From: Pseudothermotoga sp.
GTDB lineage: Bacteria; Thermotogota; Thermotogae; Thermotogales; DSM-5069
Assembly (NCBI GenBank): GCA_041640575.1
Contig: JBEPZZ010000034.1
Location: forward strand, 1 to 17,709
DNA length: 17,709 nucleotides
Reading direction: 5' to 3'
This document shows positions 1 through 8,244 of the stretch, piece by piece (position 1 is the stretch's first letter; every line of letters starts with the position of its first letter). A program made the translations under genes and the position numbers. The notes under the pieces were generated by a model that was not told the origin of the DNA, ran no database searches, and saw only the letters and a program-made list of their open reading frames with translations.

Positions 1-334
1 GTTAACACCTGAACAGGCTGCAGAATTGATTGAAACTATGGTTTCCAAAATATCGGTTGAAGAAAGGCAGGCAAATCAATCTAGCAGAAAAAAACTTATC
101 AAAATGGAAATTCGCTCTGAGAAAGGTGATAACATCGATATTCAATTACCTTTGAAAATGTCAAAATTGTTGACTCTAAGTTTAGCAGTTTTTAAAGAAA
201 AAATACCTGATATTGATCTTAATCTAATTTCAAAGCAAGTTGAAGAGGCACTGGAGCACTTGGAAAGCCTGCAAGACGATATTATAAATATAGCTAGTGC
301 TGATGGCACAACTGTAAGAGTTTTTGTTGAGTGA
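1..334 (+). CDS. 5'-truncated protein with SHOCT-like N-terminal helix (YvlB/LiaX- or DUF2089-like), function unknown
   Basis: The frame is open from base 2 (LTPEQAAELIETM...), so the true start lies upstream of the window and the track start at 26 is an edge artefact. LTPEQAAELIE resembles the SHOCT-like 'G-x-I/L-T-x-E-E/Q-A-x-x-L' helix. TGA at 332-334. Confidence 0.6.
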   Translation, partial: LTPEQAAELIETMVSKISVEERQANQSSRKKLIKMEIRSEKGDNIDIQLPLKMSKLLTLSLAVFKEKIPDIDLNLISKQVEEALEHLESLQDDIINIASADGTTVRVFVE

Positions 335-355
335 TAGCATCTTTTGTGGTAGAAT
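327..355 (+). promoter_or_regulatory. Putative sigma70/sigmaA promoter for valS
   Basis: TTGAGT (327-332), 17-nt spacer, TAGAAT (350-355) with extended -10 TG at 347-348. SD AGGAGGTG follows at 372-379. Confidence 0.6.
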
Positions 356-385
356 TGATGCACAGAGTAGTAGGAGGTGCATCAA

Positions 386-2974
386 ATGGATCTAGGAACC
401 CGTTACACTCCAGAGCAAATAGAAAAAAAATGGTACGAAAAATGGGTTGAAAGAGGATACTTCAAACCTAGGGGCGTAGGAAAGCCTTTTGTGATAGTTA
501 TTCCGCCCCCGAATGTTACGGGAACTATTCACATGGGACATGCTTTGAATTTAACCTTGCAGGATATTCTTGTGCGCTTCAAAAGAATGCAAGGTTACGA
601 TACCCTTTGGGTTCCTGGGGAAGATCATGCAGGCATTGCGACTCAAAATGCGGTGGAAAAGTACTTGGAATCTCAGGGAAAGAATCGTCATCAACTTGGA
701 AAAGAGCAATTTATAAAAGTTGTATGGGAGTGGACGACGAAATATAGAACTTACATTCGAGAACAAATAAAAACTTTAGGTGCTTCTGTTGATTGGTCAA
801 GAGAAAGGTTTACTTTGGATGAAGGCCTTTCAAAAGCGGTAAGAAAGGTTTTTGTGGAGCTCTACAAGAAAGGACTTATTTACAAGGGAAAGTACATGGT
901 GAACTGGTGCCCGAGGTGCAAGACTGTTTTATCCGATGAAGAAGTAGAACACGAGGAAAAGACTTCAAAATTGTATTTTATTAGATATCCGTTTGTAGAC
1001 GGAGATGGTGAGATAGTTGTCGCAACCACGAGACCAGAAACTATGCTTGGTGATACTGCTGTAGCCGTTAATCCAAGTGATGAAAGGTACATAAAACTTA
1101 TCGGGAAAAAAGTCTTGCTCCCACTTATGAACAGAGAAATTCCAGTTATTGCCGATCAATACGTTGATCCCGAGTTTGGAACAGGTGCGGTTAAAATCAC
1201 ACCGGCACATGATCCAAACGATTTTGAAGTTGCTCAAAGGCATAACTTGCCACTTGTTGATATTTTCACAGATGATGCCGTTGTGAACGAAAATGGCGGA
1301 AAATACTACGGCCTAGATAGATACAAAGCAAGAGAAGCTGTTCTGAAGGATTTAGAAGAACAAGGTTACCTTGTCAAGGTAGAGGAAATAAGCAACGCCA
1401 TCGGCTATTGTTATAGATGCGAAAATGTTGTCGAACCAAGGTTAATGGATCAGTGGTTTGTCAAAATGAAACCACTATCTATAAAGGCTATCGAAGCTGT
1501 CGAGAATGGTGAAGTGAAATTCGTACCCGATAGATGGAAAAAGGTTTATCTACATTGGATGCACAATGTAAAGGATTGGTGTGTGAGCAGACAATTGTGG
1601 TGGGGTCATCAGATACCAATTTGGTATTGTCAGGACTGCAAAGAGGTTATAGTGTCCGAAATTGACGTCACACAGTGTCCAAAATGCGGTTCAAAATCTT
1701 TGAAACAAGATGAGGATGTGCTTGACACTTGGTTTTCCTCCGCTCTCTGGCCTTTCAGCACCTTGGGATGGCCTGAGGAGACGGAAGACTTAAGAAAGTA
1801 CTATCCAACAACCACTTTGGTGACAGGTTTTGACATCATTTTCTTCTGGGTTGCTCGAATGATAATCATGGGTTACCAATTCATGAACGAAAAGCCGTTC
1901 AGTGATGTATACATTCATCAACTCATCAGAGATAAATTTGGCCGCAGGATGAGCAAATCGCTTGGCAACGGAATAGATCCGATTGAAATGTCCAGCAAAT
2001 ATGGTACTGATCCTGTTAGATTTACACTTGCCATATTAGCAGCCCAGGGTAGTGATATTAAGTTTGATGAAAGATACTTCGATACTTATCGAAAATTTGC
2101 AAACAAGATATGGAATGCAACCAGATTTGCTGTCATGAATCTTGAAGGTTATGAAAATGTCAATTTATCATCGTTATCTCTCGTGGATCGATGGATTCTT
2201 TCAAGACTGGCCAAAACTATTAAAATAGTCACAGAAGCTCTCGAAAACTACGAGTTCAACGTTGCTGCAAAACAAATATACGATTTCTTCTGGGATGAAC
2301 TCTGTGATTGGTACATCGAAGCAGTGAAACCACAATTGAACGGATCGGAAAAAAGGCGGATTCAAAATGTTCTTGTTAAGTTGTTAGATGACAGTTTGAG
2401 ATTGTTACATCCATTCATGCCATTTTTGTCTGAGGAACTTTGGCAAGCCCTACCAATCGCCAATGAATCGATAGTTATTGCATCGTGGCCACAATTCGAT
2501 TCCTCGCTTGTTGATGAAGATGCTGAAAAGAGTTTTGGAAGGGTTATGAACATCGTCAGAGGTATAAGAAATGTCAAAGCAGAACTCAATATTCCCGTCA
2601 GACAACCGTTGAATGTCTTCGTCTTGGGTAAAACTTTGACAGATGAAGAAGAATTTTACATATCAAAACTCGCTGTGGTTGACAAAGTCGAATACGTCGA
2701 GTTCAAACCAAGAAAATGTGCTACTGCGTATGTCGATGAAGAAAAACAAGTGTTTGTTGATGTTGAAGGGCTCGATTTGCAATCCGAAATCAAAAGACTT
2801 GAGAAAAATATTTCTAAATTGCGGGATGATTTGGATTGGAACTTGAAAAAACTGTCGGATCGCGATTTCCTTGAGCACGCACCCGAAAGTGTGATTGAAG
2901 AATGCAAGCAAAAGATTGCGAATATAGAACAAAGATTAAAGATAATGAGAGAACTATTGGAGGATTTGAAATGA
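386..2974 (+). CDS. valS: Valine--tRNA ligase
   Basis: PPPNVTG..HMGH (HIGH), DHAGIATQ, TTRPET editing motif, DWCVSRQLWWGH, DVLDTWFSS, RMSKS (KMSKS) and a C-terminal coiled coil. ATG 386 is preferred over the track GTG 377 because the SD AGGAGGTG (372-379) overlaps that GTG and lies 6 nt before the ATG. Confidence 0.98.
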   Translation: MDLGTRYTPEQIEKKWYEKWVERGYFKPRGVGKPFVIVIPPPNVTGTIHMGHALNLTLQDILVRFKRMQGYDTLWVPGEDHAGIATQNAVEKYLESQGKNRHQLGKEQFIKVVWEWTTKYRTYIREQIKTLGASVDWSRERFTLDEGLSKAVRKVFVELYKKGLIYKGKYMVNWCPRCKTVLSDEEVEHEEKTSKLYFIRYPFVDGDGEIVVATTRPETMLGDTAVAVNPSDERYIKLIGKKVLLPLMNREIPVIADQYVDPEFGTGAVKITPAHDPNDFEVAQRHNLPLVDIFTDDAVVNENGGKYYGLDRYKAREAVLKDLEEQGYLVKVEEISNAIGYCYRCENVVEPRLMDQWFVKMKPLSIKAIEAVENGEVKFVPDRWKKVYLHWMHNVKDWCVSRQLWWGHQIPIWYCQDCKEVIVSEIDVTQCPKCGSKSLKQDEDVLDTWFSSALWPFSTLGWPEETEDLRKYYPTTTLVTGFDIIFFWVARMIIMGYQFMNEKPFSDVYIHQLIRDKFGRRMSKSLGNGIDPIEMSSKYGTDPVRFTLAILAAQGSDIKFDERYFDTYRKFANKIWNATRFAVMNLEGYENVNLSSLSLVDRWILSRLAKTIKIVTEALENYEFNVAAKQIYDFFWDELCDWYIEAVKPQLNGSEKRRIQNVLVKLLDDSLRLLHPFMPFLSEELWQALPIANESIVIASWPQFDSSLVDEDAEKSFGRVMNIVRGIRNVKAELNIPVRQPLNVFVLGKTLTDEEEFYISKLAVVDKVEYVEFKPRKCATAYVDEEKQVFVDVEGLDLQSEIKRLEKNISKLRDDLDWNLKKLSDRDFLEHAPESVIEECKQKIANIEQRLKIMRELLEDLK

Positions 2975-4293
2975 CGTATCTAGAAATGATTGAGTATCTT
3001 TATGTTCAAAGACCCTCAGGAAAAATAACACTTGGGCTTGAGAGAATTCAAGAGCTTTGCAGGAGGTTGGGTAATCCTCAGAATTCATTCTCATCCGCAC
3101 ATGTAACTGGAACAAATGGAAAGGGTTCTGTAACAAGGTTTCTTAGCTACCTGTTCATGGAACATGGCCTTAATACGGGAAGTTACTTTTCACCTCATTT
3201 ATCGACTTTCAAGGAAAGAATACTTGTCAACGAAAAATTCGTTGACGAAAAGCTTTTGATAGACGCTTTTGAAACCGTTCAAAAAGAAGCTGTGAAGATG
3301 GACCAGCTTGGGCCACAGATGAGTCCTAGTTTTTTTGAGTTCACAACTGCTATGGCCTTTTTGATCTATCGAATGATGAATGTTCAGGCGGCTTCTGTTG
3401 AGGTCGGAATGGGTGGTAGGTTTGATGCTACCAATGTGATTACACCAAATGTGAGTGTTATCGTTACAATTGATTATGATCATGTGAATGTTCTTGGTGA
3501 TACTTTGGGAAAGATCGCATATGAGAAAGCTGGGATAATTAAAAATGGGATGCCAACGGTTTGTGGTGAAACAAAGAAAGAGCCTCTGGACGTGATAACG
3601 GAAGTTTCTAAACAAAAAAATAGCAGATTACATGTCTTTGGTCAAGATTTTTACTATGAAAACGTACAGCTTCAACTTTCGCAAAACCGATTTGACTTCC
3701 ATGGTTTGAAAGACTTCAAGAATCTCGAAATATCACTTAATGGTCAGCATCAGTTCTTGAATGCTTCTGTAGCTTTGCAGGCTTTTCTCATTTTTGCGGA
3801 AATAGAAAACATGAAGGTTGAAGAGGCAAAAGTGAGAAAAGCTTTGAAAGAGACAAAGATGCCTGGGAGGTTCGAGGAATTTCCAGGTAAGCCACGAATT
3901 ATTCTCGATGGTGCTCACAATATTGGCGGAGCCAGAGTGCTCAGAAAATGTATTGAGGATTATTTGACTGGACAGAAGTTGTCCGCTGTGATAGGAATAG
4001 TAGACGACAAGGATAAAAGAGGAGTCCTTTCACAGATCGCTCCTTTGTTTGAAAGAATTTACATTACTCGCCCTGTTTCTCATAGAGCCATTAAACCAGA
4101 AGAAACATATGAAATAGCTAAAGAATTCAATAGCAATGTTGCTTTCGAACCAGATCCTGTAAAGGCTTTTGAAAATCTAAAGTCAGAGGGATGGGAGACG
4201 ATAATAATTACGGGATCACTTTATCTCGTTGGTTATCTTAGAGATTATCTCGTCGACGGTCAATTTGAACCAGAATGGTCTATCATGAGGTGA
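2971..4293 (+). CDS. folC: Bifunctional folylpolyglutamate synthase / dihydrofolate synthase
   Basis: HVTGTNGKGS P-loop, SPHL, EVGMGGRFDATN, IAYEKAGI, DGAHN, TGSLYLVG. ATG 2971 overlaps the valS stop (ATGA), with SD GGAGGA at 2959-2964. valS-folC is a widespread gene pair. Confidence 0.96.
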   Translation: MTYLEMIEYLYVQRPSGKITLGLERIQELCRRLGNPQNSFSSAHVTGTNGKGSVTRFLSYLFMEHGLNTGSYFSPHLSTFKERILVNEKFVDEKLLIDAFETVQKEAVKMDQLGPQMSPSFFEFTTAMAFLIYRMMNVQAASVEVGMGGRFDATNVITPNVSVIVTIDYDHVNVLGDTLGKIAYEKAGIIKNGMPTVCGETKKEPLDVITEVSKQKNSRLHVFGQDFYYENVQLQLSQNRFDFHGLKDFKNLEISLNGQHQFLNASVALQAFLIFAEIENMKVEEAKVRKALKETKMPGRFEEFPGKPRIILDGAHNIGGARVLRKCIEDYLTGQKLSAVIGIVDDKDKRGVLSQIAPLFERIYITRPVSHRAIKPEETYEIAKEFNSNVAFEPDPVKAFENLKSEGWETIIITGSLYLVGYLRDYLVDGQFEPEWSIMR

Positions 4294-4297
4294 GACT

Positions 4298-4867
4298 TTG
4301 ATTCATTCAATTTCTGGGACCGTCGTTGACAAACTTGGGCAAAGTTTGCTGCTTAAAGTTGGTAGTTTTGTGTTACAAATTCTTTGCGACACTCAAACTT
4401 TGGAAATTGTAGAACCGGGTCAGCTCACACAGCTTTACACACATGTTCAGCTGAATCAAGATGAATTGGTTGTATACGGTTTTCTGAGCTTAGAAAAACT
4501 CAAGATTTTCCGAAAGATAATGAAGGTTTCAAAAATAGGCCCGAAAACTGCTTTGAGGATAGTTTCAGTTGTTGAACCGGAAGAATTCGTATGGCTAGTA
4601 AAGAATGCAGAGATAGCGAAGCTCTCAGCCTTACCAGGGATAGGTAGGAAAACAGCCGAAAGACTTGTGGCTGAGCTCAAGGATGAAGATTTTCAAATTG
4701 AAGCCGATTTCTCTTCGGAAATGTTTGATGCAATTGAAGCACTTGTGATGCTTGGATTTTCAAGGCAGGAAGCAAAGCAGGCTGTTTTGTCTGCTTTTAA
4801 AAAGGATATGAGCGTTGAAGAATTGGTAAAACAAGCCCTGAAAATGTTCTCAAGGAAGGGTGAATGA
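4298..4867 (+). CDS. ruvA: Holliday junction branch migration protein RuvA
   Basis: N-terminal OB-like region with VYGF, two HhH motifs (SKIGPKTALRI, PGIGRKTAERLVAELK) and domain III (DAIEALVMLGFS). TTG start with SD GAGGTGA at 4287-4293. Confidence 0.95.
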   Translation: MIHSISGTVVDKLGQSLLLKVGSFVLQILCDTQTLEIVEPGQLTQLYTHVQLNQDELVVYGFLSLEKLKIFRKIMKVSKIGPKTALRIVSVVEPEEFVWLVKNAEIAKLSALPGIGRKTAERLVAELKDEDFQIEADFSSEMFDAIEALVMLGFSRQEAKQAVLSAFKKDMSVEELVKQALKMFSRKGE

Positions 4868-5352
4868 TGGAAATTTCAGCCCTGGAAAATCCTGTTTTAG
4901 GTTATAAACTTGATCCAGGTGAACCGGGGCTCGCTCATTCTGCACCAGCGAGTAGAAGTATTCTGCGTGTTTTAAGCCAAGAAATAAGTAACTGGCTTGC
5001 ATTTAAAAGAGAAGCAGAAAAGAATGGCGGAGTAATAATCTTTGGCGGAATATATTTAGATTTGCGAAAGCGTGGGTCATTTTTAGCAGCTGTTGCAGGA
5101 CATACTACAGCTTACATCTATTATCCTAATCGTTCCACAGATCCTCAGCATGTTGATGAGACCGAAGTCAAAAGCAGAATAAAACAGGAAATAGAAAAAC
5201 TTGAGGCAAAATTGTTAATTGTCACAACAGAAGAAGAACGTCGCAGAATTGAAGAACAAATTGCCTTCTTGAAAATTGTAATGAATATGTCATTTCAAAC
5301 GGCCAAGCAGCTACTTCAACCTGTCGGAATATTATTTGACGTCCTCGTCTGA
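4864..5352 (+). CDS. Hypothetical protein with C-terminal coiled coil
   Basis: 162-aa ORF. The start overlaps the ruvA stop (ATGA; alternative ATG at 4867) after a purine-rich AAGGAAGGGTGA. Composition is protein-like. Confidence 0.8.
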   Translation: MMEISALENPVLGYKLDPGEPGLAHSAPASRSILRVLSQEISNWLAFKREAEKNGGVIIFGGIYLDLRKRGSFLAAVAGHTTAYIYYPNRSTDPQHVDETEVKSRIKQEIEKLEAKLLIVTTEEERRRIEEQIAFLKIVMNMSFQTAKQLLQPVGILFDVLV

Positions 5353-6201
5353 CATTGCTTTTACAAATAAATCAACTAATTTTGGGTCAAACATTCGTCC
5401 GCTTTCTCTTTGAATCATCTGCAAAGCTTCTGATTTAGTCTTTGGACCAGGTCCCCACTCAGATGTGACAAAATGTGTTAGCCCATCGTAGTAGTCACAA
5501 ATTGCAATTATTCTTGCATGAAGTGGTATTTCTTCTCCTTTTAATCCGTCCGGATAACCTTTACCATCCCATCTCTCATGATGAGATCTTACTGCGGGTA
5601 CTAAATCCCAAAGAAGCTCTATTGAAGCAATGTAAATGGAACCGACTACGGCATGATCCTGTGAAGTAGTTTCTATTTCTTTTATTCTTGCAGGGCTATA
5701 CATCATTAACTGTTCTATACCAATTTTTCCAACATCATGCAACATTGCTGCTTCTACAAGTAGGAGAATTTCCTCTTTGTTGAGCTGCAATTTTTCACCC
5801 ATCATTTTGGCCAGCCGTGCAACTCTTTGAGAATGACTGAAGCCTTCTTTATCTTCGATTTCTAAAAGTACGGTTAGAGCTTGCAAAATTCCACTTGTGA
5901 CCTTTCTTGCCCAGTTAGAGCTTACAAAGGCGGATTTTAGTTTTCCTCTTTCAAGGTAGGCTTTCACAAAAATCCATATGGCCTCATATGTTTCTTCAAC
6001 ATTTTCAAACACTGCAATTAGTGTTTGCTTTTCATCGTAAAATTTTGCTTTGTTCTCACTTAAAACCAATTGTGGTACAGCATCATTTGTCAACTTATCA
6101 CAAACAATTAGCTGAGGAGAATTTTTCTCCTCAGCCCAGGACATTTTTTCAAAAAACCTTGTAATGTTTTCGGGAACATTTATACAAACTTTTGCTATCA
6201 T
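5332..6201 (-). CDS. HD-GYP domain phosphohydrolase (c-di-GMP phosphodiesterase family)
   Basis: HSQRVA, HDVGKIG, HHERWDGKGYPDGLKGEEIP, ARIIAICDYYD and G..FDP motifs after a ~95-aa N-terminal domain. SD GGAGG lies inside the thrS 3' end, and the ATG is 1 nt after the thrS stop. Confidence 0.92.
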   Translation of the reverse strand: MIAKVCINVPENITRFFEKMSWAEEKNSPQLIVCDKLTNDAVPQLVLSENKAKFYDEKQTLIAVFENVEETYEAIWIFVKAYLERGKLKSAFVSSNWARKVTSGILQALTVLLEIEDKEGFSHSQRVARLAKMMGEKLQLNKEEILLLVEAAMLHDVGKIGIEQLMMYSPARIKEIETTSQDHAVVGSIYIASIELLWDLVPAVRSHHERWDGKGYPDGLKGEEIPLHARIIAICDYYDGLTHFVTSEWGPGPKTKSEALQMIQRESGRMFDPKLVDLFVKAMSDEDVK

Positions 6202-6202
6202 C

Positions 6203-8137
6203 TTAAGCCTCCAGTAGACTCTTTGAAGATCGAGTTTTTATCTCATTAAGAATTATATCAGTTATTTCGGAGATTTTTTTAGTTCCACAATCAGTTCCTT
6301 TCCTAGTTCTTACTGATACACACTCGTTATCTTTTTCCTTGTCACCAATCACAAGCATGTAAGGTATTTTCATCATCTGTGCATCCCTTATTTTATACCC
6401 AAGAGTTTCTCTTCTGGAGTCAACTTTTGCTCTTATACCACTTTCTAAGAGTGTTCTCATAACTTTTTCGGCGTATTCAAAGTGTCTGTCGGCAATTGGT
6501 ATCAAAACGGCTTGAACTGGCGCAAGCCACGTTGGGAAAGCTCCAGCAAAATGCTCAATGAGTATCCCTAAGAATCTCTCAAGGCTGCCATATATTGCTC
6601 TATGAATCATAACTGGGATTTCATACTTTCCATCTGCATTCACATAAGTCAATTCAAATCTCTGGGGCATTAGGAAATCCAACTGAACTGTCGCACATTG
6701 CCAGGTTCTTCCCAGTGAGTCTTTCACATGAAAATCAATCTTCGGGCCGTAGAATGCTCCTTCACCTTCTTTGACTTCGTAAGCGAGGTTAGCACTCTGT
6801 AAAGCTTTTTTCAAAGCATTTGTAGCTTTTTCCCATATTTCAATATCACCCATGTGATTCTCCGGCATGGTACTCAATTCAACAGAGTATTCAAATCCAA
6901 ATGGCGCATAAATTTTTCTTATCAAGCCAATGACACCAACTATTTCTTCCTCTACTTGATCAAGCCTACAAAAGATGTGAGCATCATCCTGGGTGAAACT
7001 TCTAACTCTGAAAAGGCCATGCAATACACCACTTCTTTCGTATCTGTGAACTCTTCCAAATTCGAAATACCTTATTGGAAGATCGCGATACGAAACGGAT
7101 CTATTTTTGTATATTAAAATGTGTCCAGGGCAGTTCATTGGTTTTACTGCAAAATTTTGATCCTCTTTGCTTGTAAAGTACATATTGTCTCTGTAATGAT
7201 CCCAATGACCGGACATTCTCCACAGTTTTTCACTCAAAACAAGAGGGGTCATGACTTCTTCGTAGCCGTGCTGCAAGTGAAGTTGTCTTGAAAAGTTCAT
7301 AAGTTCGCGCAGAATTACTGCTCCATTTGGTGTGAAAATTGGCATTCCAGCAGCCACATCAAAATCAATGAAGAAAATACCAAGCGCAGGTCCAAGCTTT
7401 CGATGGTCTCTCTTCTTTGCTTCTTCGAGCATCTGAAGATATGCGTCCAGTTCTTGCTTTTTTGCGAACGCAGTTCCATATATCCTTTGAAGCATCGCAT
7501 TCTTTTCGTCACCACGCCAATAGGCACCTGAAACTGAGAGAAGTTTAAAGTGTTTAACCAAGCCAGTTGATGGCAAGTGTGGGCCTCTACATAGATCTAT
7601 GAACTCACCTTGTTTGAAAAGTGTAACCTTTTCATCTGGTATTTCCTCAATCAGTTCTACCTTGTAAGGTTGCCCTTTTTCCTTCATCAAAAAGATCGCT
7701 TCTTCTTTTTTCATTTCTATTCTTTCTATCGTTAGATTTTGATCAACAATTTTTTTCATTTCAGCTTCGATTCTCGGTAGATCTTCTTCGGTTATTTTTC
7801 CGTTCAGTATCTCGAAATCATAGTAGAAACCATTCTCAATTGTTGGACCTATTCCGAGTCGAACGTTCTTTTCCCCGTAAATTCTAGTAACCGCTTGAGC
7901 CATAATATGCGAAATAGTGTGTCTGTAAACTTCTGCAGCCATTTTGTGATCCAAAGTGATAAACTCAATTTCTCCATTTCCATCAATTCTGTCCCGAATA
8001 TCCTTGATTCTTCCATTGAAAATCACTGCTATAATGTCTTTTGCTGATATTTTCTCTACTAGTTGTTGAAATTGAATAGGTTCGTCAAAATATAACGCAC
8101 TATCCGATCCCTTTATTGAAACCATGAATGACAACAT
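6203..8137 (-). CDS. thrS: Threonine--tRNA ligase
   Basis: Editing domain HxxxH (HTISH) and [46 protein letters not shown] and an anticodon-binding domain. SD AGGAGG (8143-8148, - strand) favours ATG 8137 (or TTG 8134) over the track GTG 8143. Confidence 0.98.
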   Translation of the reverse strand: MLSFMVSIKGSDSALYFDEPIQFQQLVEKISAKDIIAVIFNGRIKDIRDRIDGNGEIEFITLDHKMAAEVYRHTISHIMAQAVTRIYGEKNVRLGIGPTIENGFYYDFEILNGKITEEDLPRIEAEMKKIVDQNLTIERIEMKKEEAIFLMKEKGQPYKVELIEEIPDEKVTLFKQGEFIDLCRGPHLPSTGLVKHFKLLSVSGAYWRGDEKNAMLQRIYGTAFAKKQELDAYLQMLEEAKKRDHRKLGPALGIFFIDFDVAAGMPIFTPNGAVILRELMNFSRQLHLQHGYEEVMTPLVLSEKLWRMSGHWDHYRDNMYFTSKEDQNFAVKPMNCPGHILIYKNRSVSYRDLPIRYFEFGRVHRYERSGVLHGLFRVRSFTQDDAHIFCRLDQVEEEIVGVIGLIRKIYAPFGFEYSVELSTMPENHMGDIEIWEKATNALKKALQSANLAYEVKEGEGAFYGPKIDFHVKDSLGRTWQCATVQLDFLMPQRFELTYVNADGKYEIPVMIHRAIYGSLERFLGILIEHFAGAFPTWLAPVQAVLIPIADRHFEYAEKVMRTLLESGIRAKVDSRRETLGYKIRDAQMMKIPYMLVIGDKEKDNECVSVRTRKGTDCGTKKISEITDIILNEIKTRSSKSLLEA

Positions 8138-8161
8138 GATCACCTCCTAGTGTTTCTTAAA

Positions 8162-8170
8162 ATATTACCA
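8162..8170 (-). promoter_or_regulatory. Putative extended -10 promoter element for thrS
   Basis: The minus strand reads TG-G-TAATAT, about 13 nt upstream of the thrS SD. No good -35 at 17-nt spacing. Confidence 0.4.
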
Positions 8171-8199
8171 CATTTTTTGCTTCTAAATTTTTATCCGAG

Positions 8200-8208
8200 T
8201 GTTATCAT
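8200..8208 (+). promoter_or_regulatory. Putative extended -10 promoter element for the nagA-smc run
   Basis: TG-T-TATCAT at 8200-8208, with a weak -35 candidate TTCTAA (8181-8186, 16-nt spacer). SD AGGAG at 8232-8236. Confidence 0.4.
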
Positions 8209-8244
8209 AGATTATGAAGGTTTTAAATTTTAGGAGTTGGTTCG

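Noticed and set aside
2902..2970. N-terminal extensions given by the track for folC (also valS 377, smc 9382, thrS 8143)
   Set aside because: Better SD-associated starts lie downstream and match the expected family N-termini.
4298..4867. ruvA without adjacent ruvB/ruvC
   Set aside because: Dispersed ruv genes occur in several lineages, and absence from a 17-kb window says nothing about the genome.
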